Notes: a model not told the origin generated them from the sequence alone. 64,000 nt of DNA from Antedon mediterranea (GCF_964355755.1 NC_092678.1:25189365-25253364); one strand, 5' to 3'; positions 36,308-48,667 are shown, counted from the first letter of the stretch. Numbers and translations: made by a program.

Positions 36308-38368
36308 CTAGTCATCATCATTGTCATTTATAGCATTGTCATCATGGTCATCATCATCGTCGTCATCATCATCTCCATCATCGTCATCATATCCATCATC
36401 GTCTTCATCATCTTCATAACCGTCATCATCTCTATCATCATCATCTCCATCATCGTCATCATCTCCATCATCATCATCATCTCCATCGTCATCATCTCCA
36501 TCATCATCATCTCCATCATCGTCATCATCATCATCATCTCCGTCATCGTCATCATCTCCATCATCATCTCCATCATCATCATCATCTCCATCATCATCGT
36601 CACCATCTCCATCATCGCCATTGAAATCACTGCATGTCGTAGGCTTAACGGTTTTAAATTGAATATACAAGTCGCATAACATAACAAAAGAATGAAATCT
36701 AAAGAAGATCAAGACAGGAAAAATAATTGTGCTTAAAATAGCCCAATTAGAAGTGCCAAAAAACATGTAGTTCGTTGGCGAATCTTCATCCGGATGTTCG
36801 GTGCCGGCAAAGCTGTTGTTTATCCACTGCGCAACATTACAAATAGCCAGGTAAAGGATGGTTTCTCTTAAGTGGTACGATTTGATGTCGGGAATTCGGC
36901 GATGCGCTGCGATAATAAATGTTACCTGGAACCAAACGCACAAAGTATCAAAGAAGGCTGTGTTTATATTTACTATACAGACTGGTATGCTAATGACAAC
37001 TTGTTCAATACTCTTTGTAACATTGATTGCGCCTTTGGTATCATTGTGCCAGAGAGAAACGTTATTGAGCAGTGTTAGTTCTTGTTCGTGTGTCAATATC
37101 CAAAGGTCTCCAACAGACGATATGAAGACACACGAAGTATAAAACATTGCGCCAATTGTGGATAGCATTAATAAAATCTCGTCTGCAGTGAGAGATTTGA
37201 TTTCTTTATACTGATGAGTTAGAGTTAGTTTGAATCCAATGAGACAAACAATTATTATTTGAATTGTGAGAGCAAACTCGGTAGCACTGTGAAGTATTTT
37301 CCTTACAGGAATCTGGTCATCAAAAAGAAGAGCTGACGTGGCCAGATAGAAAACGGATGCAATAATCGCAATAACAATAGACGACGGACGGTTTTTCATT
37401 CTGTGACGAGATGATTGTGCCTGTGTTACACTGATGTGAACACCATCACCATCTCTGTTTCCCGAGGAAGACATATCAATAGCGACTTGGTTTGTTGCTA
37501 CGCTCCCATAGCCATTACGCTGACTCATATACCCAGCTAACGGCTGACTACTTAGAGTTCCCCATAAGATGAAAAGACTTCCAGCTGCCAAAAGAGAATA
37601 CTCAGCAACTATAGGAATGAAAACACTCTTTGAGTTTTCTACGAAAATATCTATATTAGTTTCCGACAGGTTACACAATTGTTTAATTTGTTCATCGTAA
37701 TTAGCTGGTTCTTTACTTTCCAGTGATACTTCTTTCTGTTTTGGCGATATTCGTTCTATCGACTCAGAAATGGTTACCTTGAACCAGCAAGCCACATTAG
37801 CCGCGATAATCACTATAAGACTATAGCGAAAGAAGCATGTACTTATAAACCGTGATGCTTTAAACACGCGAAAGAATACCATCTGTACACTTATGAATAC
37901 AATACATTCGAAATAAAAAATCACTGATGTTACACTTCTCAGAAGGAGAATGTCACTAAACGAGTACCTTATACATTCCAGTATTTCAATAAAGTTCATT
38001 AATGAGAAAACTATTACTCCCACTCCAAGAAGATATAACCCATATAAAGCAAATTCCTGCTGCTGTTGAAATGTCTCCTGATTCCTGATAAAACAAAGTT
38101 TCCCATCATCTTCCCACTGGAATCGACGATAGATGTAGTAAAGCATAAACAAGATTGCTAAAGCCAGCACACTGATAATCACCATGTTAGAAAGTTCATC
38201 GTGGATAGGTTTACTCTCCACAAAAGTAGAGATATTTATACTTATGTACAAACAAGTTAGAATGTTGAGTAGCAATAGTGAGGAATATCTCCCATCTCCG
38301 TGGGTACTTTGGTTGGCCGAACGCTGTCCAAAAGTAAACGGCATTAACAGAATATTGAGAAGGGCCAT
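36308..38368 (-). CDS. Otopetrin-family proton channel, intronless, with ~100-aa Asp-rich C-terminal tail
   Basis: About 12 hydrophobic segments; otopetrin motifs FISVQMVFF, IIAANVACWF, PIVAEYSLLAAG, AICNVAQW, FPVLIFFRFHS; first ATG at 38368. Confidence 0.85.
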   Translation of the reverse strand: MALLNILLMPFTFGQRSANQSTHGDGRYSSLLLLNILTCLYISINISTFVESKPIHDELSNMVIISVLALAILFMLYYIYRRFQWEDDGKLCFIRNQETFQQQQEFALYGLYLLGVGVIVFSLMNFIEILECIRYSFSDILLLRSVTSVIFYFECIVFISVQMVFFRVFKASRFISTCFFRYSLIVIIAANVACWFKVTISESIERISPKQKEVSLESKEPANYDEQIKQLCNLSETNIDIFVENSKSVFIPIVAEYSLLAAGSLFILWGTLSSQPLAGYMSQRNGYGSVATNQVAIDMSSSGNRDGDGVHISVTQAQSSRHRMKNRPSSIVIAIIASVFYLATSALLFDDQIPVRKILHSATEFALTIQIIIVCLIGFKLTLTHQYKEIKSLTADEILLMLSTIGAMFYTSCVFISSVGDLWILTHEQELTLLNNVSLWHNDTKGAINVTKSIEQVVISIPVCIVNINTAFFDTLCVWFQVTFIIAAHRRIPDIKSYHLRETILYLAICNVAQWINNSFAGTEHPDEDSPTNYMFFGTSNWAILSTIIFPVLIFFRFHSFVMLCDLYIQFKTVKPTTCSDFNGDDGDGDDDDGDDDDDGDDDGDDDDDGDDDDDDDDGDDDDGDDDDGDDDDDGDDDDDGDDDDRDDDGYEDDEDDDGYDDDDGDDDDDDDDDHDDNAINDNDDD

Positions 38369-39544
38369 CTTCAAGTCCGTTCAGAAGTAAAGTTGATATG
38401 TTTTGCGGAGGAAAATTTACCTTTAAATATTATAATTAAGACGATTCCGCAATTGGAAATACCCGAGTAGTTTATTTTCATCTCTTCCGCTACATTTTTA
38501 GAAGTCCTATTAACCAATCAGATTCAATAGATTGTTGCTGACACTACGTACCTACCTCCTAATTGTAACATGTACTTTTTTTCGGTCCAGACCTCTTACA
38601 TAATTATATTTCACATAATTATTTCAGCTTTCTGTCACGTTTCGCTTTTTTTTAATGGTTTTTTTATTTACTATAACTTTGAGTATCCTAAATTCAAGAT
38701 AATAATGAAAAAAAAAGAGAGTAGTATGTTAATATGTATTTATAATAATCATGATGAACGAATGGTGGTGTTGTTAGGTGGTGGTGGTGGTGATGGTGTG
38801 AGGTTGTGGTATTCAAGCAATAGAAGACTTACTTTTAGTGTCGGAAAATTCGGAATAATTGTGGGAGAACCCCGGAACCAGTCATTCACCATGCAGGAGT
38901 TCAAATCGATTTAGGCCTATATAAACAACAACATGGAACAATTAGATCATTTACCATACCTCCGTTTTCTGTTTCGCTATAATACGCCAATGAACAGGCG
39001 TCTCTTTCCTGTGGATATACTGAAAATAAAACTGGGTAATTCCATGGAATTCAATTCAATTGCAAGTCATGTATTATATGGCTTCATATGTTTTTTTTAA
39101 TGTTTGTTATGATTTTTTATGGTTTTTTTATTCTATAAAAGATGTTTGTATTTATTCTACATAGATGATGTTACTAAGAGCTTTGTTTTTTTTAATTTTT
39201 CTGATGCTTTTGTTTTCTTTTGTATTGTGTGTATTTTCTATGCTGAAATAAAAGATTATTGATTATATTTTCAAGAAACATCCTTATCATTTATATTAGG
39301 ACGATTCCTTTAGATAAAAGACAGCTATAACTCATTCACCAATCACTCAAGAAAACATGGTTTCACATAATATTCAAATTTTAAAATAAAACTATTTTGT
39401 TACATCTGTGTAGTTTATTTGACTAGCTTGCTTCACGGGGTAGTGTTCAATGGTATCACCTGTAGGCCTAGTGATCATGTCCCAACAGAGGGTTGGGTAG
39501 CCTATAATCTTATGTTAAACTGTTTTAATGTTTGATTATAATAA

Positions 39545-39569
39545 CAGGGAAGAATTTAACTCTTCCCTG
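39545..39569. mobile_element. 25-bp TIR-only palindrome with 7-bp target duplication (same family as 7400-7428)
   Basis: ATAATAA-CAGGGAAGAATTTAACTCTTCCCTG-ATAATAA. Confidence 0.75.
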
Positions 39570-39670
39570 ATAATAACATAGATAGACCGGTATGATTTTA
39601 TTACATAGTTGATTGCAAATAACTTGGTTTCGCGAGAAACGTCATTACACAATGCATGATGGAAATTTAA

Positions 39671-39751
39671 AAGGGTTTGGGAGCAAACGTCACGACGCGT
39701 ACGTACAATTCAAACAACAAATCACGTACGTGACGTATCTCCCAAACCCTT
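39671..39751. repeat. 81-bp inverted-repeat element (probable small MITE)
   Basis: AAGGGTTTGGGAG...ACGTCACG / CGTGACGT...CTCCCAAACCCTT. Confidence 0.55.
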
Positions 39752-40355
39752 ATCGCTATTTGCGATAAATCTTATTGATAATCAACATTTTTTGTTTGAT
39801 TGTAATTAAGGAAATGAAGACACAGACCTGTAGTTTACTAAAGTTATTTCTGTCCTTCCACGTGTTACCTCAGCAATTACTAAAATAAAATTCCCCTAGA
39901 TTTTCATAGTTACTGTAACTACAAACAACTGATCACGTTTGATAGGCTTTGTCACACGCAATGTTTACATTTTGTCTGGATATTTGACTTTTTTTTGGGC
40001 AATTATATATAATTTATAAAATACATTAAAACACAAAGACAAAAAAAACGAAGCGATTAAAACAGATAAAAAGTAAAGTAAACTCGACTCTTTCTCAAAA
40101 TAAAAAAAAACATTTTAAAAATAAAAAATCCGTAGAGATTCTAACCCCACAGCTATAGTACAGAGCTGAGAGAATTCAAATGATAGTTAGTAGAGCACTA
40201 TCCGTTTTGCCACAATTTACCCGAGTAGTGAAGAGTGACAATAGTATATTCTTATACGCGCTTCATATTCATCTAATCGTTACGTCATAAATTGGCAAGA
40301 CGTCATTTTGAGGAAAAGAATCTAGTTTTAACGTTGATATAAACCAGAGCCTGAG

Positions 40356-40580
40356 GACCGGATAGCTCAGTCGGTAGAGCGTCGTGGAACACGATTATCG
40401 TGGGTTCAAACCTCGGTGGAAAAGAGTTAAAGCTATGCGAGCTTCTGTGTTTGGGGTTTACAGATTTAAACGTCCCCCTTTCCACCACGGCATATGAGGC
40501 GATAACATCAAAGCATCTGATGTCGTGACCCAAGGCTGTGAGAGGGCCTTACCGTGCTAGAGGCAAGGGAGCACACCAAA
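40356..40580 (+). mobile_element. tRNA-derived SINE
   Basis: GACCGGATAGCTCAGTCGGTAGAGC A-box and GGTTCAAACC B-box followed by a non-tRNA body. Confidence 0.7.
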
Positions 40581-41638
40581 TTTGTTAACATTTTTTTTTG
40601 GCTCCTTTCGATATCGTAAATGTTATGTTTGGCGCCGTCAATTTTAAGAACACCTAAGTTATGTCAGAAAATTAGGAACAAAAATAAATAAGAGCTGCTG
40701 GATACAATCAAAGATAGTACACACTATCTTTTATACAATTTTATAATTTCTAATACTGCCCTCTATAGTTTAGTGTAATAGCATAAAGTGTTTTGTATTT
40801 GTATTATTTCATTCATTTCATTTTCTCATGCTTCCCTTTTTTTTCTCTCGCTGAGAGCTAGCTGACATTTACAACAGTTTTTGGAGATAGTCTAGGCCTA
40901 GGTGAGTTACTGCATCATCTTATTATGATATTAAAGTAAATGGATAAAGCTACACTCTGGTAGATTTATAGGCCTATAATCTAGGCCTAGCCTAGGCCTA
41001 GACATAAGTAGTCCGGAGATCCAGAGTAGACAGACAGGCACAACTCTACCTATATAAGAAGCTCGCCACAACAGGATTGCTTGACGTTAAAACCAACTTA
41101 ATTAGTCTAGAGCCTAGGCCTAGCCTAAATTATGTATATTCATGATTGCATTGATTTTAATGATAAAGATTGATCACAATAATAGGAAAGGCTAATGTTA
41201 CATTACATGTATCCCTTCTTATTATTACATTACAATCTTATTTAATTATTGTTTATCTTGCCTAAGTATTAATTATTATATATGGCACAATAATAAATAA
41301 ATGCTGATTTAATGGTGATTATAATTTTATTGAGTTTGTTGATTTAATATCTACATGTAGGTAAAATTCAAACGATTATTAATGAATTTTACAGCAAGAA
41401 AGTTTTAGTTTGTGGAGACTTTATGCTGACATAAATAGTTAGGAAATTTGGAAAACAGCTTGTAAACCTGGTCTCTGTCTGAAAACGATTTGAGACGGGT
41501 AGCTATTTTCTAAATATTTAATATTTAAATAATTTGTTCTATTCTACTGTATATATAAAAATAATTTAATTAATAAAATATGATTATGAATAATAAAATT
41601 TAAAAAGATAATTTATTTTTTTTAGTAATAATTGAAGC

Positions 41639-43928
41639 ATGAGTGGTGGATTGGCACCAAGTAAAACAACTGTCTACGTTTCCAACTTGCCTTTCTCACT
41701 GACAAATAATGACCTTCATAAGATATTTGAAAAGTTTGGACGAGTCGTCAAGTAAGTCGTTATAAATAGGACAAGTAATATTATACTGTATATAGTAATA
41801 TTATTTATTTTATTTCATACGCATCCAACAGCGAGTAACTCTGCCAATTATAGGATGGATAAACTATTTTATAATTTATCGTGCTTACAGTATAAACTAA
41901 GTCTCATTTGAGAACCCTGGACCTTGGCATTGGAAGGCAAGCACATTAACCACCAAGCTACAGCTCCGCTACGTAATGACAATTTTTGAAATTTAAATAT
42001 TTTTCAGGGTAACGGTTGTGAAGGATAAAGATCAAAGACGAAGTAAAGGAATTGCCTTTGTTCTTTTTATGGATAAAGAAAGCGCCCTCAAAGCAGTGAA
42101 GGCAATCAATGGTAAAGAGGTATGTAAAACTGGGTTCATTCATCTCGCAAGTTGGAAAGGAGGGTTGAGGAGTCGATCAGTGGCGTAACACTCAGCTATG
42201 AGCGCTCACTGGCTAAACCCAGGGGCCCCAGAGCTTATGGGGGTGGGGGCAGTGCCTAGAGAAAAAAACAGGCATTAAAATGTCGAGAAAAACTAAAAAC
42301 GCCCAAGGCCTCAGCGTTGGAGGACCACTTAGGATTCCTAAATCAGGGGCCTCAGGTCTCTACATTACACCACTGGAGTTGATGTATTGCATTCAAAAAG
42401 ATAGAGTAGTAAGTACAAGGCTATTAAGATCATTAATGCTGGTATTGTAATATTTTATGAAATATTAATTAAAAAGTACTATAAAAAACCCTGATTAATT
42501 CATTTTATTATTCATAATTAATATATAAATATAAGTTCAATACAAATAAAAACAAAACACTTCAACCTTGGTTGTCTCCCTATAGTTTACATTGTTAAAT
42601 CATATATACCGTGCTTTCCATATTATTTTGCTTAAAAGGAGTTGTTCTTTTTTTAGTTGTTTGGTAGAAAATGGAAGTGTAACATGGCAACAGACAACGG
42701 AAGAGCATCAGAGTTCATTCGACGCAAGAATTACCCTGATAAATCAAGGTGCTATGAATGTGGGGTATGTGATACATACTATATTGCACTCTTTTAAACA
42801 TCTTTATGCCCCAAAGGCTTTCAAATTGCATGACAGATTGAGTAGAAATTCTATTGTACAATGACTGTCAAATGTATCACTCCTGCAGTAATAGTGGCTC
42901 ATCTGGATTGCCAGTGATAATAAATATAACTTTGTGGATTATTTACTTGCACAATGTATGTCAAGATAAAATTCCTTGTGAATTAATTGTTAGAAAAAAG
43001 GATTATACAGTGACCTCATTTCTAAATATAGTTTTTTGAATTGTTTTTTTAGGCTGAGGGACATCTTAGTTACCGTTGTCCCACTAACTCTTTAGGAGAA
43101 CGAGAGCCACCACCAAAGAAGAAAGAAAAAGATGGAAAGCATAGAAAAAGGAAAGGAACTGGCCGACCAGCTGAACCATGGGAAATAGAGTAAGTAGGAG
43201 AGATTAAGCTGTCTACACTATCAAATTGTATGTGACAAAAAAATGTGATGTGCCCATATATGGACATGGTGATGTCATATCACTACCATATTTGGGCAAA
43301 TCACACTTTTTTTGTCAAACTAATTTGATAGTGTAGACAGAGCTTTACTAACTCACTAGTATTCTGCATTTTAAATAAATATTGTTTGCTTTCAGAGAAG
43401 AGGACGAAGATGAGGAGGAAGGAGAAGATCCAGCTTTAGATAGCTTAAGTGCAGCTATCAGTTATGAGGTAAGGTCATAGTTCATAGTAAGGTCATAGTT
43501 CAGTTTTCATCTTTTATTGTCTTCATTTTGGTTTGATTTATTTCTACAAATATGTAACATTAAAATGTCATGTGATACTCAGGTACTAATGCCATGAAGG
43601 ATATACATTGATATCAACATGGTATCTAAGAATAACCTCTAAATCCTTACTAGTAGTGTACTGTATAATGGTCTATTTATATTCAAATCAAATTCTATAA
43701 CTTTCTTCCTTAGAAGAAAACATAGTAAAACAGTAAATTTTTACAATTTAAAAAACACATTTGAAAGAAAATATCACTGCATCTTCATGTGTCAATTGTA
43801 CTAATTTTTTTCAGTACGATTTGAGAGAAAAGGGTCAAACCAGTAACTATGAGCCAAGTAAGAAAAAGTTGAAGGTAAAGACTAGTGCATACTTTAGTGA
43901 TGAGGAAGAACTTGGAGATGGAGATTGA
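41639..43928 (+). CDS. ZCRB1: Zinc finger CCHC-type and RNA-binding motif protein 1 (U11/U12 snRNP 31K), six coding exons
   Basis: [26 protein letters not shown]; [10 protein letters not shown]; [34 protein letters not shown]; [10 protein letters not shown]; [10 protein letters not shown]; exons splice in frame. Confidence 0.95.
42178..42375. mobile_element. hAT-type MITE in a ZCRB1 intron
   Basis: TIR CAGTGGCGTAA / TTACACCACTG; 8-bp flanks GAGTCGAT / GAGTTGAT. Confidence 0.75.
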
Positions 43929-44193
43929 AGGACCAATGTCTGGAGATGGAGACTAACTACTCCTTAGAAACCAGTGTCTGGAGATGGAGACCAACTACTC
44001 CTTAGCAATTAGTGTCTGAAGATGGAGACCAACTACTCCTTAGCAACCAGTGTCTGGAGATGGAGACCACTACACTTCTGAAACCAGTGTCTGGAGATGG
44101 AGACCAACTACTCCTTAGCAACCAGTGTCTAGAGATGGAGACCACTACACTTCTGAAACCAGTGTCTGGAGATGGAGACCAACTACTCCTTAG
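43912..44193 (+). repeat. 33-36 bp minisatellite starting in the last ZCRB1 codons
   Basis: About 8 copies of TCTGGAGATGGAGACCAACTACTCCTTAGCAACCAGTG and variants. Confidence 0.9.
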
Positions 44194-45439
44194 AGCCAAG
44201 TATAGAGCAATGCAGTAAAGGTAAAGCAGTTGATGGCAAGAGAGAACTTGAAGAAATTGAATGTGACTTAGAACTAATACTCCAAATGTGTCAAGAGTTA
44301 CAGGTGGATCAGAGGTAGCAATTACATGGCTATTTAAGATCGGCATAGCGAGTATGTGTGAGATTTCAGAAAAGAAAAAAAAGAAGCAAAAATTTAATTA
44401 AGGAATGAATTTATTACATAACTTTTACAAAGATTTCAAGGTAAAGTGTGTCTATGGAGTACTGTACTTTAAGTATTACAATAAGCAAGAGAATAAGTTT
44501 TAGTCTGCTGTACTTAAGTTATCATACTTATATTCTGAGGTGAACTCAATGATTATAACATTTCAATAATGTAGAAAATTAAAGTTTAATTCCCCTTTTA
44601 AAAACGTAAAAATGAATTGGGACTTTAATTTTCTACATATTAATTGCAAGACATTTAATGTTTTCTTAAAAATTTTAATAATTCTAACACTACAATGATC
44701 CATTTAATCTAGGATGATGATCATATGAATAATAAATATGAATTTCCTTCAGTCAAAGTAAGTGATAGTAATTAGTGTCTTATTTATTACATTTTTACGC
44801 ACTCACACACATGTAAATATTGTATAAAAAAAATGGAAACATGAATAATTATATCTGCATTCAAATGTACATTGCATATAAAGTAGTACAAAGTAAAGTA
44901 AAAATAGTATTAAACTTGATTTGTAGATCCTGTAAAGCTCTGTCTACACTATCAAACTTTATGTAACAAAAAAGTGTGATGTGACCAAATACGGTAGTGA
45001 AATGACATGTCCATATATGGGCACATCACATTTTGTTATCCATAAAGTTTGATAGTGTAGACAGAGCTTTAGATGCATATACCTTTGAAGGATTGTTGGT
45101 TTCTATTTATAGTTCATTACATCATGATTACTGTTTAAATCAGAATAAAAAAAATATAAAATATTGCACTTTGTGACTGTTTCCCACTGCACTTTATACT
45201 GTACACACACCTTTTTCAATAATATCTACTAATAAAAAAATTCAGATCTGGCAGTTACGCTATTTTGATAGTTTCTGCCTTAATTCACTATTCACAGGGG
45301 AAAATTTTATTATAAAATTAAACTGATTTTTTAGTTGAGAAACAGTTTTGTATTGATTTTTTTGCTACACAAATATGTAGCGATAAAGTTGTTTTGTATA
45401 GCTTTTTGCTATGCTACATTGGCAAAATTATTCTCCGAT

Positions 45440-48136
45440 TCATATATCTTTGTATAATAGTTCATACTTAGGAATGTTAGCCTGGTCTATTGGACTTGTC
45501 ACCATTACTTTGCCCTTCATAGCACCCCGGTAAATGACCTCAACCAGGTCAATAAAGTCTTGCTTTGTCTTGAAACTACCAATAAACTTGGTATGATCTT
45601 GTGTGCTGTAATAATAATTGGAAAAAATTAATACAATTAATCAAATACTTGAATTTCCAATGTGACATGCCATTTGTGGCACTTTTGAAAGCATACTTTT
45701 ATTCATGTGAGTTTGGTGTTAAGTACACAACTTACCCATAATCCACCTTGATATGTTCTCCATTAAAAAAGAAAATGGTGGCTGGAATGAGGGTGATATC
45801 AAAGTAGCGTTTGTACATGTCAACCGTATCAACGTCAACGATGTAGATGGCAGCCATCTTGGCTAGCTCGTCATTTGATTTGGCAAGCTGAAATAAAAAC
45901 AAATTTGTTAGTTAACTTTGATTGACAACAACTTATCTTATATCTCATCCAAATAGGTTCTGCAACAGCTTTTATTCCAACTTTATTATGGTGTTTATGA
46001 ATATTGGACAATAAAAGTTTTTTAATTTTAATTTCGGGTTTAAATGTGCAAATTATTCTACATTTTCTTTTATTTGAATTTATTTTAAAATCACAGCAAC
46101 ACAATTTGTTATTCTATGGATATTGAACATAAATATAACATTAAATATTAGTGGCGGGTTTCCCGCTGTCAAGGTCGCGGAGACAACAAATGATAAGGCT
46201 GCTTTATTTAACAGTTATTTTCATTCAGTTTTTAGATCTGGACCTTCTGTGACTGATGAACACCAACGTCTGCCTGAGGCTTCTGTCGGCATTCTCAATG
46301 CTCCAATTATTCAATCTGAAATTGTTAACTCGTTACTGTCATCCATTCAGACTCATAAGGCATCTGGATGTGATAATCTCAGTAACCATGTTCTTAAAGT
46401 TTGTTCTCGTCCTCTTTCTATTCCTATTTCTTTCCTCTTTAATAAATCTCTTCAAACCGGTAAATTTCCTTCTGTTTGGAAACGTTCCAATATTGTTCCT
46501 ATTCATAAGGGGGGGGGACCAAGAAATTGATTTCTAACTATAGACCTATCTCTCTGTTGCCTACCATTTCTAAATTGTTTGAAAAAATTGTTTTTAACCA
46601 TATCTCGACTCATGTTTCTCCTGCCATTGCTTCCTGTCAGCATGGCTTTGTAGCTGGTAGGTCATGTGAAACAAACCTTGCCACCCTGTTGACCACAGTT
46701 TACGAAGCCATTGATGACAGGAAGCAATGTGATATTATTTACAAAGACTTTTCTAAGGCGTTTGATCTTGTTCCTCATAATTTACTCTTATTAAAATTAC
46801 AACGTCTCCTGGTTTCGTAGTTATCTTAATGGTAGGTTCCAGAGAGTGGTCATTGAGGGTATATCCTCTGAATGGCTTCCTATTCATTCCGGTGTCCCTC
46901 AGGGATCGATTCTTGGTCCTCTCCTTTTCAATCTTTTTGTCAATGATATCCCAAAACTCTTCACCCACTCCAGATGTCTTATGTTTGCTGATGATGTTAA
47001 GCTATACAAAATTATTGGTAGTGTTGAGGATGCTGACAGGCTTCAGGTGGACTTGGACAAGCTATGTTCTTGGGCAGCTTTATGGGGTATGTCCCTCAAT
47101 CCAGTAAAGTGCAATATTTTAACTATTACTTTGAAAAAGAACATTTTATTTTATAATTATTTAATTAATGACAATCCCATTAATAGGGTGCAATCGCAAA
47201 AAGATCTTGGTGTTTTTATTGATAGTTCCCTTTGTTTTCTTTTCATATTGATTATCTTGTTGGCAAGTGCAATAGACTGCTTGGGCTGATGTGGCGTAAT
47301 TGTAAACATTTTGACAGGCAAACCAAAATCCACCTTTATTATTCAATTATCCATCCCATTCTCAACTTCAGTTCTGTTATTTTTAATTCTATTTCGAAAA
47401 CTCAGTCTACGCGCATTCAGCGTCTGCATAACCGTTTTTTACGCTACATCAGCCACAACCAGAATCCTGACTTTCATTTCCATGTCCGATCTCCTGAGTC
47501 TCGTAGAACCTTTTTTGATCTTGTTTTTTTGTATAAATGTATTAATTCTTTATTTGACTGTAATTTAGTTAGTAATTTTTATCTTAGAGTCCCTAGTCGT
47601 CGTCTTAGAAGAAATACTACTTTTCATATTCCTTTTAGTAGAGTAAATGTTTTAAAAAATGGTTTTATTAGTAGATTAAGTCAAACTTATAATTCTTTTA
47701 CTTTAAGAAACCCTGAGTTAGATATCTTTAGTAATAATTTCCGTAAGTTTCGTAACATTGTTAGTAGTTTAGTTTAATGTTTGTTATTGTATATGTTCGT
47801 GTTTGTCTGTGTTCCCTCCTGTAAGTGGTGAACCATGAGCTCACTGTTGGTTGGGAAATGAATAAAATAAAATAAATATGACTGAAAATAAATTTTTTAA
47901 ATTAAAAATACAGTACAGTACAGTATAAATAAATAAATGTATGTTTCTACTGGAAAAAAAAAATGTCAGAAATTGGATTGTAAACAATTCTGTTAATTTA
48001 CAATATTATCTAGTTGTAGACAAGTTGCATCCTCATCTCGACCAAACCGCATGACAAGAACCAAGTCCTCCGTCGTCTTGATAGCGTTATCAATCTCGGC
48101 TTTTGTTGTCAGCTTTTTTAGCAGCAATGCAGCCAT
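45440..48136 (-). CDS. TXNL4B: Thioredoxin-like protein 4B (Dim2), three coding exons
   Basis: [20 protein letters not shown]; [13 protein letters not shown]...[13 protein letters not shown]; [30 protein letters not shown]...[11 protein letters not shown], matching 4B rather than 4A. Confidence 0.94.
46150..47876 (+). mobile_element. 5'-truncated, frameshifted CR1-clade LINE in a TXNL4B intron, antisense to host
   Basis: [48 protein letters not shown] across four frames; (AATAA)n tail. Confidence 0.9.
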
Positions 48137-48412
48137 TCTTCCTTACTTTTTAACTGAAAACAAAATATAGAAAAAATAAATCGGGGCGAATCGACCAGGA
48201 CTAAAACTATTCTAGACAAAAACACACACAGGCCAATAATAATAAACTAGCCTACTAGTACTAACTAGCTACTCAGGTAGTAGTAGTAGGCCTCTACTAC
48301 TACTCTATCTAAGGTAAACCAGTTTCAGCACACAAGCACAACCATCGACGTTAATACTGTTTAAAAAAACAACAAATATTATTTAATATGCAATGGCAAA
48401 CATTGCCATTAC

Positions 48413-48667
48413 CTCTGAAATTTATTGACAGTCATTAAATAACAATTTGAATTACAGGTGTCTGTGTATGATCCTCTGTTTTGCTTCCCTGTATAATAGA
48501 GGGCGTTGTATGGTAAATAGTAAATCACGTGACAAACGCACATGTTGGGGAAACGAGCTAAGTTTTTGATACCATTTCGGTACTTCAAGAACGTTAGTAT
48601 TTTGATCATCCACGCAGCCTTCTTCGAGGTATATTCAGAGCGGAGGTGATGCGGGAAGTAGCATGCT
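48413..48667. promoter_or_regulatory. Bidirectional promoter and 5' non-coding exons of TXNL4B and ORC5
   Basis: Opposite donors (GAG|GTAATG on - near 48412; GCT|GTAAGT on + at 48668), TAGAGGGCG at 48497, E-box TCACGTGAC at 48525, E2F-like GCGGGAA near 48651. Confidence 0.6.

Noticed and set aside
36328-36687. Poly-Met and poly-Ile ORFs
   Set aside because: Alternative frames of the otopetrin (GAT)n tract
38570-38914. 114-aa ORF upstream of otopetrin
   Set aside because: Low-complexity AT-rich and GGT-repeat sequence with no domain signal
40356-40430. Possible functional tRNA gene
   Set aside because: No proper anticodon arm and continues into a SINE-like body
41639-48136. U12-type introns in the minor-spliceosome genes
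   Set aside because: Donors read GTAAGT, GTATGT, GTAAGG or GTAAAT; no RTATCCTT donor at any inferred boundary
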